Virus record (IMG/VR): IMGVR_UViG_3300007734_000715
Span: 1-49,727 of that record
DNA length: 49,727 nucleotides
Source: a virus
Taxonomy: Duplodnaviria > Caudoviricetes
Direction: 5' to 3' (one strand)
Shown: in pieces, positions 18,636-28,619 of the stretch
How positions within the stretch are numbered: the first letter of the stretch is position 1
How the letters are laid out: every line of letters starts with the position of its first letter
Program-made: the position numbers and the translations under genes
Notes under the pieces: model-generated
The model's database searches: none
What the model saw: only the letters and a program-made list of their open reading frames with translations
What the model was told of the DNA's origin: nothing

Positions 18636-19958
18636 TCAGAGAGGATAGAGTCCAGAGTTCCAGACACCTGCAGCGAGCCGCAGATTCATTACGTCGTTAG
18701 GAACACCGGCGCGAGCGCCCATGTCTTCCCAGACGGCAAAGTAAAGATTGGTCACGGGCGCAAACACCCAGCCCATTCCTTTGCCATGCACATAATAATT
18801 TGCATAGCTAGTGACGGGCTTGATAAGGAAGGTGTTAACCAAGCTGCGCGCGATCGAAGACTTCTTCATCAGCGGCACAAGGAAGCGGCTCATGCGGCGA
18901 TAGCCTTCGCGCTTCTGCAGCGAGTATTCAAGATCACGCAGCACGCGAACCTCGTCGGGAATGTTAGCCCAGCCGTAATAAGCCTCAGCGAAAGTCCAGC
19001 AGCAAGCCATCTTAGAGATGCCGCCAGCCGCACTAACGCCCTGCGTAAGCGCATCGAGCGCGTCCTTACGAGACGCATTGATCTGATTCTCTTGCTGACG
19101 CATTTGACTCGCATTGCCGAACAGATTCATGCCCATCGCATTCGATTCCTGTCCAACCTCACGAGCGCCGCCAGTGCGAGCCTCGCCTTGATTAACCGAC
19201 GGGCGACCAGTCGTAAGCTGGAAGGTATCAATCCTAGAAGACAAAGGCTGAACAGCCCCAGCGGCAAGTTGGGCGGCGTTAGCAATAGCACTCTGACGCT
19301 GAGCCTTACGAGCCTCACCCGCTTGACCAAAAGCCATAGCATTCGCCACAGTCGAAGTCGCCGTGGGAGTCGCTCCAGTGCCACGCGCAAAGTTCTCACG
19401 CGCCATCGAGCGATCAATCTCAGCGCGTTCAGCACCGCTAAGTCCAGCGTTAGGATCAGTCAAAGATCCCTGAAGCTGTTCAAGATTCTGCAGAGCCAAC
19501 TCACGCGCACGATAAGCTTCAGGATCAGCTTCTTTCTGCGTGCGCATGGCCTCACGAACGAGGTCACGACCGGTGCCACTCACGACACCAAGATCCGTGG
19601 CGGCCTGAGCCTCGGCATTCTGACGCGCAATCTGAGATCCAATGCGCGCAAACTCAGGCCCAAACTCTTCATAGAGCCTCTTGTTTAGAGCTTGTTCGCG
19701 CGGCGAGATCTCCTCGCGCAGCTTCTGCATCTCAGGCTCATATTGCCGAGCAGCCGCAACTTGCTGTTGGATCATCGGGATAATGTTTTCCCGATAAGCC
19801 TTCATGACTTCCGCCATAGATTCTTGAGTCGTCGGGGCTGGCGCGCCACCGTTACGATAATATCCCAGAGGAATACCATTGTCAACTTCAAGACGAGAAG
19901 ATTCCCAGACCAACGAGTGGCCGAGAACTTTAGAGAGATTAAACTCAAATGTGTTCAT
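18636..19958 (-). CDS. Internal virion/DNA-transfer protein with C-terminal CFI-box-like domain
   Basis: Ala/Gln/Gly-rich body; C-terminal CCWTFAEAYYG...EVRVLRD...GY. Confidence 0.65.
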   Translation of the reverse strand: MNTFEFNLSKVLGHSLVWESSRLEVDNGIPLGYYRNGGAPAPTTQESMAEVMKAYRENIIPMIQQQVAAARQYEPEMQKLREEISPREQALNKRLYEEFGPEFARIGSQIARQNAEAQAATDLGVVSGTGRDLVREAMRTQKEADPEAYRARELALQNLEQLQGSLTDPNAGLSGAERAEIDRSMARENFARGTGATPTATSTVANAMAFGQAGEARKAQRQSAIANAAQLAAGAVQPLSSRIDTFQLTTGRPSVNQGEARTGGAREVGQESNAMGMNLFGNASQMRQQENQINASRKDALDALTQGVSAAGGISKMACCWTFAEAYYGWANIPDEVRVLRDLEYSLQKREGYRRMSRFLVPLMKKSSIARSLVNTFLIKPVTSYANYYVHGKGMGWVFAPVTNLYFAVWEDMGARAGVPNDVMNLRLAAGVWNSGLYPL

Positions 19959-20320
19959 TGTTTTACGAAGTCTGAAATTCTATACTGCACATTCTTCTTA
20001 CTCTTGCGCCGCGCACCGCTCACAGTCCAGCCGGGATAAAGCGCACTCCATGCGCCTACAGCTTGAAACAAGCAGCCGCGGTCGCCAAGAATATTCAGAA
20101 TATGTATGTTCTTACGCTCACTATCAAGCTCGCACCATAGTACGATTAAAGGGGTTTCGTTCTCTTTCTCAAGTACGAATAACTCACTGCCTTCGCCCTT
20201 GAGAATTCGATCACAGTGCATGACGATATCAACGTCGGAAGCTTTTCCGAAACAACTCTCGCGCCCGGGATGCGCTAAGATCCATTCGAAAAGCTTCACG
20301 GCGTTGATATGACAACTCAT
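19955..20320 (-). CDS. Small tail-region protein (possibly GNAT-like)
   Basis: 121 aa between nozzle and ejection genes, a position often held by acetyltransferase-like proteins. Confidence 0.5.
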   Translation of the reverse strand: MSCHINAVKLFEWILAHPGRESCFGKASDVDIVMHCDRILKGEGSELFVLEKENETPLIVLWCELDSERKNIHILNILGDRGCLFQAVGAWSALYPGWTVSGARRKSKKNVQYRISDFVKQ

Positions 20321-22842
20321 ACTGGTTGAAAATACCTATCCAGAATTGAGCCAGTTGCAGTTTTACAAACAAACTCAACAGAGAGCTTGCTCACGATAGC
20401 TTCCCAGTAAGCTCCTTCGGCGGCCGCAAAGCGCGATTGCGCGATAGGCGGATTGTGCACGGTAGTAAGAGCCTTGCCGCCAGCGCCGCTGATAATAACG
20501 GGTAGCCCATTCCAGTCAAGCCTTTCAACAAGAGCGCTAGTTCCAGCCAACAACACAGTTGCGCCCCAGTTCTTAAAGGGCACAGCTTGGATAAAAGCAA
20601 GGTTGCCATTCGCGTTGATTGAGCTATAGTAATCATTGCCGCTCGTGAACGGAGGCTGATGCACTACGACCCATTTGTGTTTCTTGGTGCTATTCGCCAG
20701 AGCCTGACGCAGCCATTGAAACTGTACGCTGTCTGCGATAGTCTGAGGCGGCGTGAAGGCGTTGTCAATTTCGGTCTGGAAGAATCCAGTATCAAAGCCC
20801 GTGTTGATTAAGAAAATGTCAACGTGCTCAGTCGTGTGCTGGAAGTAACGCAGATGTTGTTGATAATCAAACAACGGACTAGCTGCGGCGGAATCGTTAT
20901 CCTGCGTGCCCGGGACAAAAAGCAACTTAGACTTGATCGAATCCCAGAAAGGCTTGATCGTTTGATCGAGTGCGCCAACTGTGCCGGGGCCAAAGCCCGC
21001 GTAAGGCAAACCATAGTTGTGATTGCCAGTGCCGATGACGTTCGTCAGGCCTGTGATGCGCTTGATTGCGTTATTGAGAGACTTGCGCCGCGAGACTTCT
21101 TCAGCGGTAAAGATCGGCGAGACAACGCCGCCGACGATATCAGGAATGCCATCGTTGCCAATGATCGCGAAAGTCTCGTACTCAGTCGAGACAACCGCCC
21201 CGAGCGCATTAACCTTCGGCCACACAGTGCTTTCCTGCACGTCACCTGACACGGAGACCAATGCGCCATCAGTGTCAAAGCGCATCATCACGCCCACACG
21301 ATCGCCCTCAGGGCACACATCCATGAAGTTAAACTCGGCGGTGTTGAACACGCCCTCAGTCAAGCCGCCGTTATAAGGAATGCTTGAGCTGTTCGCAGCG
21401 TTATAAGGCAGCGGCGTCATCTGCACAACCTTGCGATTTACATACTGCCCATTAACGAACAGTGACGCCTCTACAATACCGCCTTCGACGATGTTGTTAA
21501 AGCCCGCGCGGAGAGTCTGCAGACGCACACTCTTATAGTCATCCGACGGCGCAACCTCTGATCCATAGAGTGTGACAGTAGCCCGCTCAGAAGATCCAAA
21601 CAAGCGGTAAATCCCGGTCGCCGTCATGAAATAAGTATATCGCTTGCCTCCGTCGAGGGTCGAAGCGAACTTAAGAATGTTTCCGACGCCGGGATAAATA
21701 TCGAGCGCGACGAACTTATTCAACAGCATGTCAAACCACAACACGCCATTGCCATAGATCGTCGTGACGGCGAACAACGCATAGTTATCGTGCGTGCCTG
21801 TGGCCGCAGAAGTCTGCGTGATGCCGTCGATTAAGGAGTTGATTGGGCCGCTAAAGGGTGCATTCCGACCCTCATATCGGAACTGCATGATCCCGTTGAA
21901 GCTCCTGATTCCGGTGTCATGAACAAATGCCACATCCCCAAGCACGTCCACAACAGAATCGGGATTTAGCGGCCCAATCGAAGAGATAACCTGATTGCGG
22001 AAAGTAGGCTCCGCATAGATCAGATTGTTGTTGTCCGGATAAACAAGATAGCCGGAGTTCTGTGTACCAACGAAGAAACCGCCGTCGATAGAATTAAGCG
22101 TCGAGAGCGCGGTGATGTTGTTATAGTCAACATTCGTAGCCATCGCCAACGCTCCGCCCTCGGATTCGTTCGTAGAGGTTTTATCCCCAGAAGGCGTGAC
22201 TGCGATCACAAAGTTCAAAGGCGCTCCAGTAACTGAGCGCACGATTTGATTCCTCCTTTGCGACGTAGAAGATTCCGCCGCCACCGCATACAAAACACCG
22301 TTGTAGAAAACAGGATAATTGGCGATGGGAACATATTCAGGATCGTTTGAGAGCCACTGCGCATAGGTCTGTGTCACACGAGCAGAACCATCAGGCAGAA
22401 TAATCCAAGGCTGCACGACACCATCCATCACAACAAGCGCACTGGGCGACGCTCCGACAGGGCCACCGAGCGTGAGTGTGCCGGTCGATGACGTAGCGCC
22501 ACGGACGGCTCGAATCGTCGACGCGGGCACAAGCGCAGTGTAAACGCGAGGCTGCACTGAGTTCATTGCGAAAGTTGCAATAAGAACCCAATTACCGCTC
22601 GTCGTTTTATAGTAGGCTTTGCCGCCCACGAACGCGATCAGAAGATCCCCGGCGGCTGTGATGTCTTGAAAGGTCTGGCCGACGGGCAAATCCGCCGAGA
22701 CGTTCAGAGGAAGCTGCACGGCCTCAACGACATTCTTGCGCACGCGAGCATTGATAAGAATCCAATACTCGTTCTCGCCCAGCTTCGTAATGTCCGAGAG
22801 CTGATTGATGCCGCCAAGCCAATTTGTCCTAGAGATTACCAT
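20317..22842 (-). CDS. Tail nozzle/stabilisation protein fused to a degenerate metallophosphoesterase-like domain
   Basis: W.GGIN...L..NE.W.LINAR start and beta-rich body; C-terminal ~290 aa calcineurin-like pattern (Q.QWL...LA, VVVHQPPF, IISGAGG). Confidence 0.7.
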   Translation of the reverse strand: MVISRTNWLGGINQLSDITKLGENEYWILINARVRKNVVEAVQLPLNVSADLPVGQTFQDITAAGDLLIAFVGGKAYYKTTSGNWVLIATFAMNSVQPRVYTALVPASTIRAVRGATSSTGTLTLGGPVGASPSALVVMDGVVQPWIILPDGSARVTQTYAQWLSNDPEYVPIANYPVFYNGVLYAVAAESSTSQRRNQIVRSVTGAPLNFVIAVTPSGDKTSTNESEGGALAMATNVDYNNITALSTLNSIDGGFFVGTQNSGYLVYPDNNNLIYAEPTFRNQVISSIGPLNPDSVVDVLGDVAFVHDTGIRSFNGIMQFRYEGRNAPFSGPINSLIDGITQTSAATGTHDNYALFAVTTIYGNGVLWFDMLLNKFVALDIYPGVGNILKFASTLDGGKRYTYFMTATGIYRLFGSSERATVTLYGSEVAPSDDYKSVRLQTLRAGFNNIVEGGIVEASLFVNGQYVNRKVVQMTPLPYNAANSSSIPYNGGLTEGVFNTAEFNFMDVCPEGDRVGVMMRFDTDGALVSVSGDVQESTVWPKVNALGAVVSTEYETFAIIGNDGIPDIVGGVVSPIFTAEEVSRRKSLNNAIKRITGLTNVIGTGNHNYGLPYAGFGPGTVGALDQTIKPFWDSIKSKLLFVPGTQDNDSAAASPLFDYQQHLRYFQHTTEHVDIFLINTGFDTGFFQTEIDNAFTPPQTIADSVQFQWLRQALANSTKKHKWVVVHQPPFTSGNDYYSSINANGNLAFIQAVPFKNWGATVLLAGTSALVERLDWNGLPVIISGAGGKALTTVHNPPIAQSRFAAAEGAYWEAIVSKLSVEFVCKTATGSILDRYFQPV

Positions 22843-23825
22843 AAATTACGCACTCCTCCCTGAACCAAAGGCCAGACTGGGAACATGATTGCGGCATCTT
22901 GCGACGCGTGGCGTTCAGTCTGGACCATTAACTCTTGGCCGCTTTCCATGTTCTCACACACGCCACGGCAGATCTGTTCCATCATGTCTTTGTTGACAGA
23001 TGCTACGTCCATCTTCTCTTTCTCCATCGCGAAGATGTACTTGACGCCGTAGACAAGACCTTGAACGAGACGTTCATCGGTCCAAATTGAGTCGATGTTT
23101 ACGAACGGAGAGAAGCGTTGTTTGTACAACACCTCAACGCAATCCTCACCGAGGATAAAAGGCGTGCTTGCATTCCAATCAAGGATCTGCAAGCGGATGT
23201 TTGAGGCGTAGAGTTGATTATTGGGAATGCGCCCAATCTCCGCCTGAGTAGTGCCTTGACGCACAACCACGTCGCTCTTTGTGAAGATAGTCTTCTTGAG
23301 CGACTTAACGCCAAAAGGACTCTCAGGCTCGAACATGTTCACCGAAGTCTTAATCAAGTCGCCGGGCGTGAACGAGATGATCTCAGTGACATTCGCAGCC
23401 TGAGGAGTTTGGCCGTTGATGATAATGTCAAACGGCTCAGCCTCAGGCAGCGTGAGCTGAAAGGTCAACAAGCCGCTATTGACCAAAGGCGTATGCAGCG
23501 GCGTGGGCGCAATCTGTCGCCATTGCAAATAAGGCTGCGTCCAAGGCACAGCGTGATAGCGCGGCCTCATGTCTCGCGTGGTAACGAGGCGCGACGAATC
23601 GTGCCAGCGAACGCCTCGAATAGAACCAACATACCACGGAAACGTGATGACGTGTTGATTGTTGTCGACGCAGAAGAACTGCTCAAACACAGAGCCGGGA
23701 AGATCATACTGATCATAGATCATCACGGCCGCGCGGTTCAGCCACGCAAGAACTTGAGCTTCTTTATCACGAGAGTCTGGAAGAACTCCAATCGTCTCGG
23801 AAACTTGTTGGATGAGGGAGTTCAT
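22836..23825 (-). CDS. Head-tail adaptor (tail tubular A-like)
   Basis: VLAWLNRA N-terminal helix; position directly upstream of the nozzle gene. Confidence 0.6.
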   Translation of the reverse strand: MNSLIQQVSETIGVLPDSRDKEAQVLAWLNRAAVMIYDQYDLPGSVFEQFFCVDNNQHVITFPWYVGSIRGVRWHDSSRLVTTRDMRPRYHAVPWTQPYLQWRQIAPTPLHTPLVNSGLLTFQLTLPEAEPFDIIINGQTPQAANVTEIISFTPGDLIKTSVNMFEPESPFGVKSLKKTIFTKSDVVVRQGTTQAEIGRIPNNQLYASNIRLQILDWNASTPFILGEDCVEVLYKQRFSPFVNIDSIWTDERLVQGLVYGVKYIFAMEKEKMDVASVNKDMMEQICRGVCENMESGQELMVQTERHASQDAAIMFPVWPLVQGGVRNLW

Positions 23826-23826
23826 T

Positions 23827-24993
23827 TTAGGCGAATCGGATAGCCGTCACTTTAAGGTTCCAGTTACCTCGCGTGGGCGTGTTAATAGCCGTACGGCCAC
23901 CATTGATCTGCTGAAGCTGATAGTTTACTGGACCAGTGTGAATAACTTTGCTTGTCGAGGCATCAAACCAAACAAGCGGACCAGCTTCATTCGACGCGTC
24001 ATCGTTACCCCAGCTTGCGATAGGCACTTCGTCACCGACAGCATATCCATGTTCTGCGCCCACGCAAACAAACGTAAACTGATAAATATCAGCTTTGCCG
24101 CCCGTCGCAGCATAAGTGATCACGTCAACGTCAACACCTGCAGCGGGCAAAGCAACTTGATTTGTATACTTAAACGTCTCTAATTTGCGCGGAATAAAGT
24201 CTAAAACACCGCCAAGAATTCCTACATAGTCGCCTTCAGCAGTTCCACCGGGAACAGTAATCTTAGCAAGATCGACTGTGCCGGGAGCCAACTTAGCGCC
24301 GCTAAGAGAATTATCAATAATGTCTGTATTCGGCTCAAGAAAACGCCAAGTTCCGAAAGTGTCTGCCGTGCGCGACGTGATAAACTTACTCCTTGAAGTA
24401 GATCCGGGCGCCGGTGCGATAAGATCTGCAGCAATATAACCAGTTGGCAGATTATCAATGACATTCTCAGCCGTGTACCAATTCGCCACGCCCGGACCAT
24501 AAGTTCCCGCGAGGCGGAATTGGCCGCCGGGAATTCCAGTCGTGATCAGCGAGCCGACGGGAATAGATCCCGTCGTAACGAGAGAAGCGAGAGAAACAAA
24601 TTCAAACGCAGTCACGCCACCATTAACGCGAATGAGTTGATTCGCAGCGCCGCCAGCGACAGACAATTTAGCCAGCGTCACGGCGTTATTCTGAATCATC
24701 GCCGTCGTGATCGAGTTCGGACTGATGATGTCGTTTATGTTGACCCATCCCGGCGACGAAGTCTTGTAGACATAAAGAGCTGGCTCAGCGGGATTGGCCA
24801 AACTGATCCAGAGACAAGTCTTACGCCACGCATTCGAACCCGTCACATCGGGCGGCGTGGTGTCAAACAGAATCATGCCGTACGTCGACGACGGAATGGC
24901 CTGTCGGATAAGTTGCAACAGCACGCTGGCGTATCCACCGAACGTGCTCGTCGGGTCGATGCCTTCGACAAAAGGGTTAGTGTTTAGAGCCAT
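23827..24993 (-). CDS. Tail fibre/structural protein
   Basis: SITTAMIQNNAVTLAKL and SLSGAKLAPGTVDLAKI repeats; Gly/Thr-rich. Confidence 0.65.
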   Translation of the reverse strand: MALNTNPFVEGIDPTSTFGGYASVLLQLIRQAIPSSTYGMILFDTTPPDVTGSNAWRKTCLWISLANPAEPALYVYKTSSPGWVNINDIISPNSITTAMIQNNAVTLAKLSVAGGAANQLIRVNGGVTAFEFVSLASLVTTGSIPVGSLITTGIPGGQFRLAGTYGPGVANWYTAENVIDNLPTGYIAADLIAPAPGSTSRSKFITSRTADTFGTWRFLEPNTDIIDNSLSGAKLAPGTVDLAKITVPGGTAEGDYVGILGGVLDFIPRKLETFKYTNQVALPAAGVDVDVITYAATGGKADIYQFTFVCVGAEHGYAVGDEVPIASWGNDDASNEAGPLVWFDASTSKVIHTGPVNYQLQQINGGRTAINTPTRGNWNLKVTAIRFA

Positions 24994-24998
24994 AAAGT

Positions 24999-25034
24999 AA
25001 AAAAGGGCTATCTCTTAAACAAGAGATAACCCTT
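24999..25034 (-). terminator. Intrinsic terminator-like hairpin directly upstream of the 24993 start
   Basis: Minus strand aagggttatctctt-gttt-aagagatagccc-tttttt. Confidence 0.7.
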
Positions 25035-25054
25035 AGGGTTGATTGGGATTTTTC

Positions 25055-26905
25055 TTAATCCGCAGCGCAAATGTAGAAGTTTTCAACCGGATATACTGTC
25101 GGATAAGGATTCGGCAGGGTTCCGATTTGACAAATACCGTTCGCAAGCGCGGTACCAATCTCGTCGCAGCACGAGTCTGGCTTTTCTAGGATGTCGGTTT
25201 CTAAGTCAAAAGCTTCGGAGAAAGCCCTCGTTGCGAAAGATGTAGTCCAATATTCAAACTGCGCGCCTTCGCCGGGGATAATTTCGCCGTTGTACAGCGG
25301 ATAACTCAGCACCTCGTAGCCGTTTGACCAAAGTTTATAACGCCTTACAACGCCCTGAGCAACCCACTTCACCGTCATGACATAAGTCGGGACGTTGATG
25401 TTTTGCCCAAGTCGGATAGAGAAGTTTTGATTGGGGATGATGATATCCTGCAACGCAAAGATGCGAGACGCGCCAGCCCAAGCTTCTAGGTTTTGCGTAA
25501 ACCCAGCCACCGTAAGACTTTTGTAAACGAGCCTGTTCAAAACGACAGGCTTTGCACTCTTTGCGGGTTCAAGGGTGACGGGCTTAAAGTCCCAAGCGCG
25601 CGGTCCCGCGGGCGGCGTTGGGAGTTGGATAACTCTTACATCGGTGATGTTCGGCACTGGGCCAAACGGTTCGCCGTTTTGGAATGCTCCAGCAGGAGGC
25701 CAATAGCCGCCGTTGTTAAACACGATATCATTCCCGGCGCTGTTACTAATCGTATTCCCCTGAATGTTAATGTTCTTAAAACCCGGAATCAGGCCGGGAT
25801 TATAGAGAGCCGTGACGTCGCGATCGTATTGATACAGGAAGAACGTCGCGTTATAAGGCGGCAGATTATAGTCATAATAGAAACTATTCGGCCCAGCGAG
25901 ACTCACGGTGTTTTCCTGAATCGTGACGTTGACGTGCGACGAGATCAGGGGCGCGAAGGCTGTATTGCCCGTAAGACGCACCCAGTTCTGCGTGACGAAA
26001 GAGATAAACTGCGGACAGAGTGTCGCGCTGTTTTTCTCAATTCGAAGCTCAAAGTTCTTGTAGCTGTCGACGTAGATGTGTTGACCCGCGAAGGCTGTGA
26101 AGCTGTTATTGCGGATAATACAACCGCGAGTAGCTGCGGGCGTGATACCGTGCTGCGGCGAGCGTTGATTTGCGCCGAAGGTGATGTTGGTGAATGAGCA
26201 GCCTTCGACCACACAGCCCGTGGCGTATTTACCCGCTACACCATTACCGCCAAAAGCAACCCACGTCACGGCTTCAGCGGTCGAGCCGGGAGGCAACGGA
26301 CGGCTATTTGCGCCCGGGGTGTTAAAGGAGCAGTTGCGTACAGTCACGCCCTTCGCGCCATCAGCGGCCGTCGAGGGGAGATAACTCTGCAGCGCAAACG
26401 CTTCTTGATTTGCAACACCAATTCCAAAGCCTTTGAACTCGCAGTCTTCGATCAGGTTATTTGTCCCAACAAGACGAACGCCAGAAACGGTCTTGAAAAA
26501 CGGATTGACGGGATCAAAGTTCTCGTCATAGTTGCCGTCAAACGTGATTCCAGAGATCACGCAATCACCGGCATCAAACGTATTGTCGTCGCCGATGTAG
26601 CTATAGGTGTTAACGAGAAAGATCGCAGAGCCATAAGGCAACACGCTATGAGTGCCTGTTGAGGCCGCGAACTTAAGAATCGTCTTGCCTTTGCCTTTGC
26701 CGATAAGTTTGATCCCGCGGGTATAATTCGCCGGAAATCCCCAATAGATCGAGGCATCGAGCGGATTACTAATCCCAATGCCACCGATGATGTATGTGCC
26801 TTCGTCGAACTCAACAACTCCAGTCTCTTGGAGACAGAGGTTGATCGCTCGGGCACAATTCGTAGAGCCATCAGCGATAGCTCCGTAGTCTCTTGCTTTT
26901 GCCAT
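25055..26905 (-). CDS. Tailspike/depolymerase with right-handed beta-helix (pectate-lyase-like)
   Basis: RDYGA..DG..N...AIN start, G.G.G.TILK, repeated I.NC.F/I.NN.F strands. Confidence 0.8.
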   Translation of the reverse strand: MAKARDYGAIADGSTNCARAINLCLQETGVVEFDEGTYIIGGIGISNPLDASIYWGFPANYTRGIKLIGKGKGKTILKFAASTGTHSVLPYGSAIFLVNTYSYIGDDNTFDAGDCVISGITFDGNYDENFDPVNPFFKTVSGVRLVGTNNLIEDCEFKGFGIGVANQEAFALQSYLPSTAADGAKGVTVRNCSFNTPGANSRPLPPGSTAEAVTWVAFGGNGVAGKYATGCVVEGCSFTNITFGANQRSPQHGITPAATRGCIIRNNSFTAFAGQHIYVDSYKNFELRIEKNSATLCPQFISFVTQNWVRLTGNTAFAPLISSHVNVTIQENTVSLAGPNSFYYDYNLPPYNATFFLYQYDRDVTALYNPGLIPGFKNINIQGNTISNSAGNDIVFNNGGYWPPAGAFQNGEPFGPVPNITDVRVIQLPTPPAGPRAWDFKPVTLEPAKSAKPVVLNRLVYKSLTVAGFTQNLEAWAGASRIFALQDIIIPNQNFSIRLGQNINVPTYVMTVKWVAQGVVRRYKLWSNGYEVLSYPLYNGEIIPGEGAQFEYWTTSFATRAFSEAFDLETDILEKPDSCCDEIGTALANGICQIGTLPNPYPTVYPVENFYICAAD

Positions 26906-26908
26906 AAA

Positions 26909-27832
26909 TTAAAGATTGAAAGCTTTTTTAACCGACACAGTCATTTGATCGAGTGTGAAGTTACGCGCTTTTATAAAAGCCCCGGTGGCTTTCTCCATGA
27001 CTTCTTGCTTATTATCATAAGCGTAACGCATAGCGTATGCAAGATCGTCAACATTTAGCCTGCCTATCTCGCCTGTGTAGTCATAAATGTTTCCGGGCGA
27101 AGGAATCATCTGAGCGGGAACCATCCACGAACAAGTGCTATCAAGAAACTCAAGCGGCCCTCCAATCGCGGGGCAGATCACAGGACGCCCATGTGCGATT
27201 GCATCATGATGCGGATAGCCCCAACCTTCAGCACCACAGGCGGAAACAAAAACATGATTTTGCCGATGTAAATAATTCACATTTGTCTGATATTCTCGAA
27301 TTACTTTAACGCGGCTGTCAAATGTGATCAACTGCTTACAGCCCGGCCCTTGTTTCATGATTAAATGCACGTCGGCTTCGTGAGGAAATGCTCTTGTAAA
27401 CGCGTCTATGATATCTTGTGCACGTTTACGCTGCCAAAATTGCATGTCTTGATAGATTGTATAGAAAGAGAATACATCAAACGACGGAAGCGGCAGAGGT
27501 TCATATTCAGACGCTAATGGAATAATAGCCGCAGAAAATCCTGCACGCTCAAAGACTTCTTGCGTGAATTTACACGTTACTACAATCTTACGATTGGGTT
27601 GTTTTGCAAGATATTCACAATCTTGCGCGCGGAGTTTTGTAGTTTCCCAAAAAGTCAACAGATAGTCTGATGAGATACTTGACGACGGGCCGTCAATAGC
27701 CGCAAAGAAATGTCCGTCTCGTGATTGTGTAAGATCTGGTTTATGTCCGAGTCGCCTAAGGCATTCAGCAAGGCTAAATGTTACGCGACCAAATGAATTG
27801 ATTGGATTAAGAGAGCCTGTGTGTATTCTCAT
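26909..27832 (-). CDS. GT-B (GT4-like) glycosyltransferase; probable start ATG 27832
   Basis: WETT, RK, EGWGYP..DAIA.G.PVI motifs. Confidence 0.85.
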   Translation of the reverse strand: MRIHTGSLNPINSFGRVTFSLAECLRRLGHKPDLTQSRDGHFFAAIDGPSSSISSDYLLTFWETTKLRAQDCEYLAKQPNRKIVVTCKFTQEVFERAGFSAAIIPLASEYEPLPLPSFDVFSFYTIYQDMQFWQRKRAQDIIDAFTRAFPHEADVHLIMKQGPGCKQLITFDSRVKVIREYQTNVNYLHRQNHVFVSACGAEGWGYPHHDAIAHGRPVICPAIGGPLEFLDSTCSWMVPAQMIPSPGNIYDYTGEIGRLNVDDLAYAMRYAYDNKQEVMEKATGAFIKARNFTLDQMTVSVKKAFNL

Positions 27833-27848
27833 GGATGCTCTGGGAGAG

Positions 27849-27864
27849 AGCGTAAAAAATGCCA
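27849..27864 (-). promoter_or_regulatory. Possible sigma-54 promoter overlapping a hairpin/U-tract
   Basis: TGGCATTTTTTACGCT = GG-N10-GC, -12 C 18 nt before ATG 27832; also part of the inverted repeat aatgccaaag/ctttggcatt. Confidence 0.45.
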
Positions 27865-27894
27865 AAGCTTTCACTTTGGCATTCTTGACTTATT

Positions 27895-28137
27895 TTACCA
27901 AGCCCGACAGCTCCAATACTTCGCACTCAGCTTCGAGCCGGGATTATCACAATTATGTCGCGCGCGGAAGCTTTTGCGATTAGCTGGGATATGTTTCTTA
28001 ATAGGCATATTCGGATCGCCGAATCGAACGAGCTTGACTACTTTACCCTCCTTAGCCAACACGGCAGACTTCTTCGGCCCACCGGGCGTGCTTTTAGGTT
28101 TGTTATAACCAGAGAATTTTTCTCCTCGATATTCCAT
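27895..28137 (-). CDS. Conserved small basic phage protein
   Basis: VRFGD..M.IKK..P..RKSFRARH.C...K.SA.YWSC..W pattern, common in aquatic phages; ATG 28137. Confidence 0.75.
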   Translation of the reverse strand: MEYRGEKFSGYNKPKSTPGGPKKSAVLAKEGKVVKLVRFGDPNMPIKKHIPANRKSFRARHNCDNPGSKLSAKYWSCRAW

Positions 28138-28139
28138 AA

Positions 28140-28352
28140 TCAATCCTTTGGCAAAGCATACCATCCTTCTGGGACGGTGATTCTATTCTTTGATTTTACC
28201 TTCTGGCCGCTTGAATCTAAAACCCACACTCGGGCTTTTACCGGCTCGGCCAATCTCACCGGCTGCCCGTTTGGAACGTAGATCACTCTCGATGAGCAAC
28301 TCGCGCTCATGAGCGTCAATGCGAGCACGAAGATCTTGTCTAAGTTTTTCAT
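28140..28352 (-). CDS. Outer-membrane lipoprotein, o-spanin-like
   Basis: MKNLDKIFVLALTLMSAS-C lipobox; overlaps the upstream ORF in another frame. Confidence 0.65.
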   Translation of the reverse strand: MKNLDKIFVLALTLMSASCSSRVIYVPNGQPVRLAEPVKARVWVLDSSGQKVKSKNRITVPEGWYALPKD

Positions 28353-28443
28353 CTTTTTGAGCGTCTTGTGAAATAGAATCTTTCTGCGACAGTTCATAGA
28401 ACCATCGCAGAAGCTTCATAATCAAGTCAGAAAGAAAGCTCAC
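28183..28443 (-). CDS. i-spanin-like protein
   Basis: Hydrophobic N-terminus then charged helix; overlaps the lipoprotein gene. Confidence 0.55.
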   Translation of the reverse strand: MSFLSDLIMKLLRWFYELSQKDSISQDAQKDEKLRQDLRARIDAHERELLIESDLRSKRAAGEIGRAGKSPSVGFRFKRPEGKIKE

Positions 28444-28619
28444 TTCTTTTCTTCTTTAGGCGCATCGGCGGCCTTGAGTCCAAGATAGAAACCAGAGATG
28501 CCACTAACGATCGAAGTCACAGCGTTAGGAATATCTCCGGCGAGGAAGAACTTAATCCCTGCGCCGAGACCGGTGAGAAGCAATCCAACACCGGCGATCG
28601 TAGTCTTATTGTTTTTCAT
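28440..28619 (-). CDS. Holin-like 2-TM protein (59 aa)
   Basis: MKNNKTTIAGVGLLLTGLGAG...SGFYLGLKAAD; translated manually. Confidence 0.65.
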   Translation of the reverse strand: MKNNKTTIAGVGLLLTGLGAGIKFFLAGDIPNAVTSIVSGISGFYLGLKAADAPKEEKK

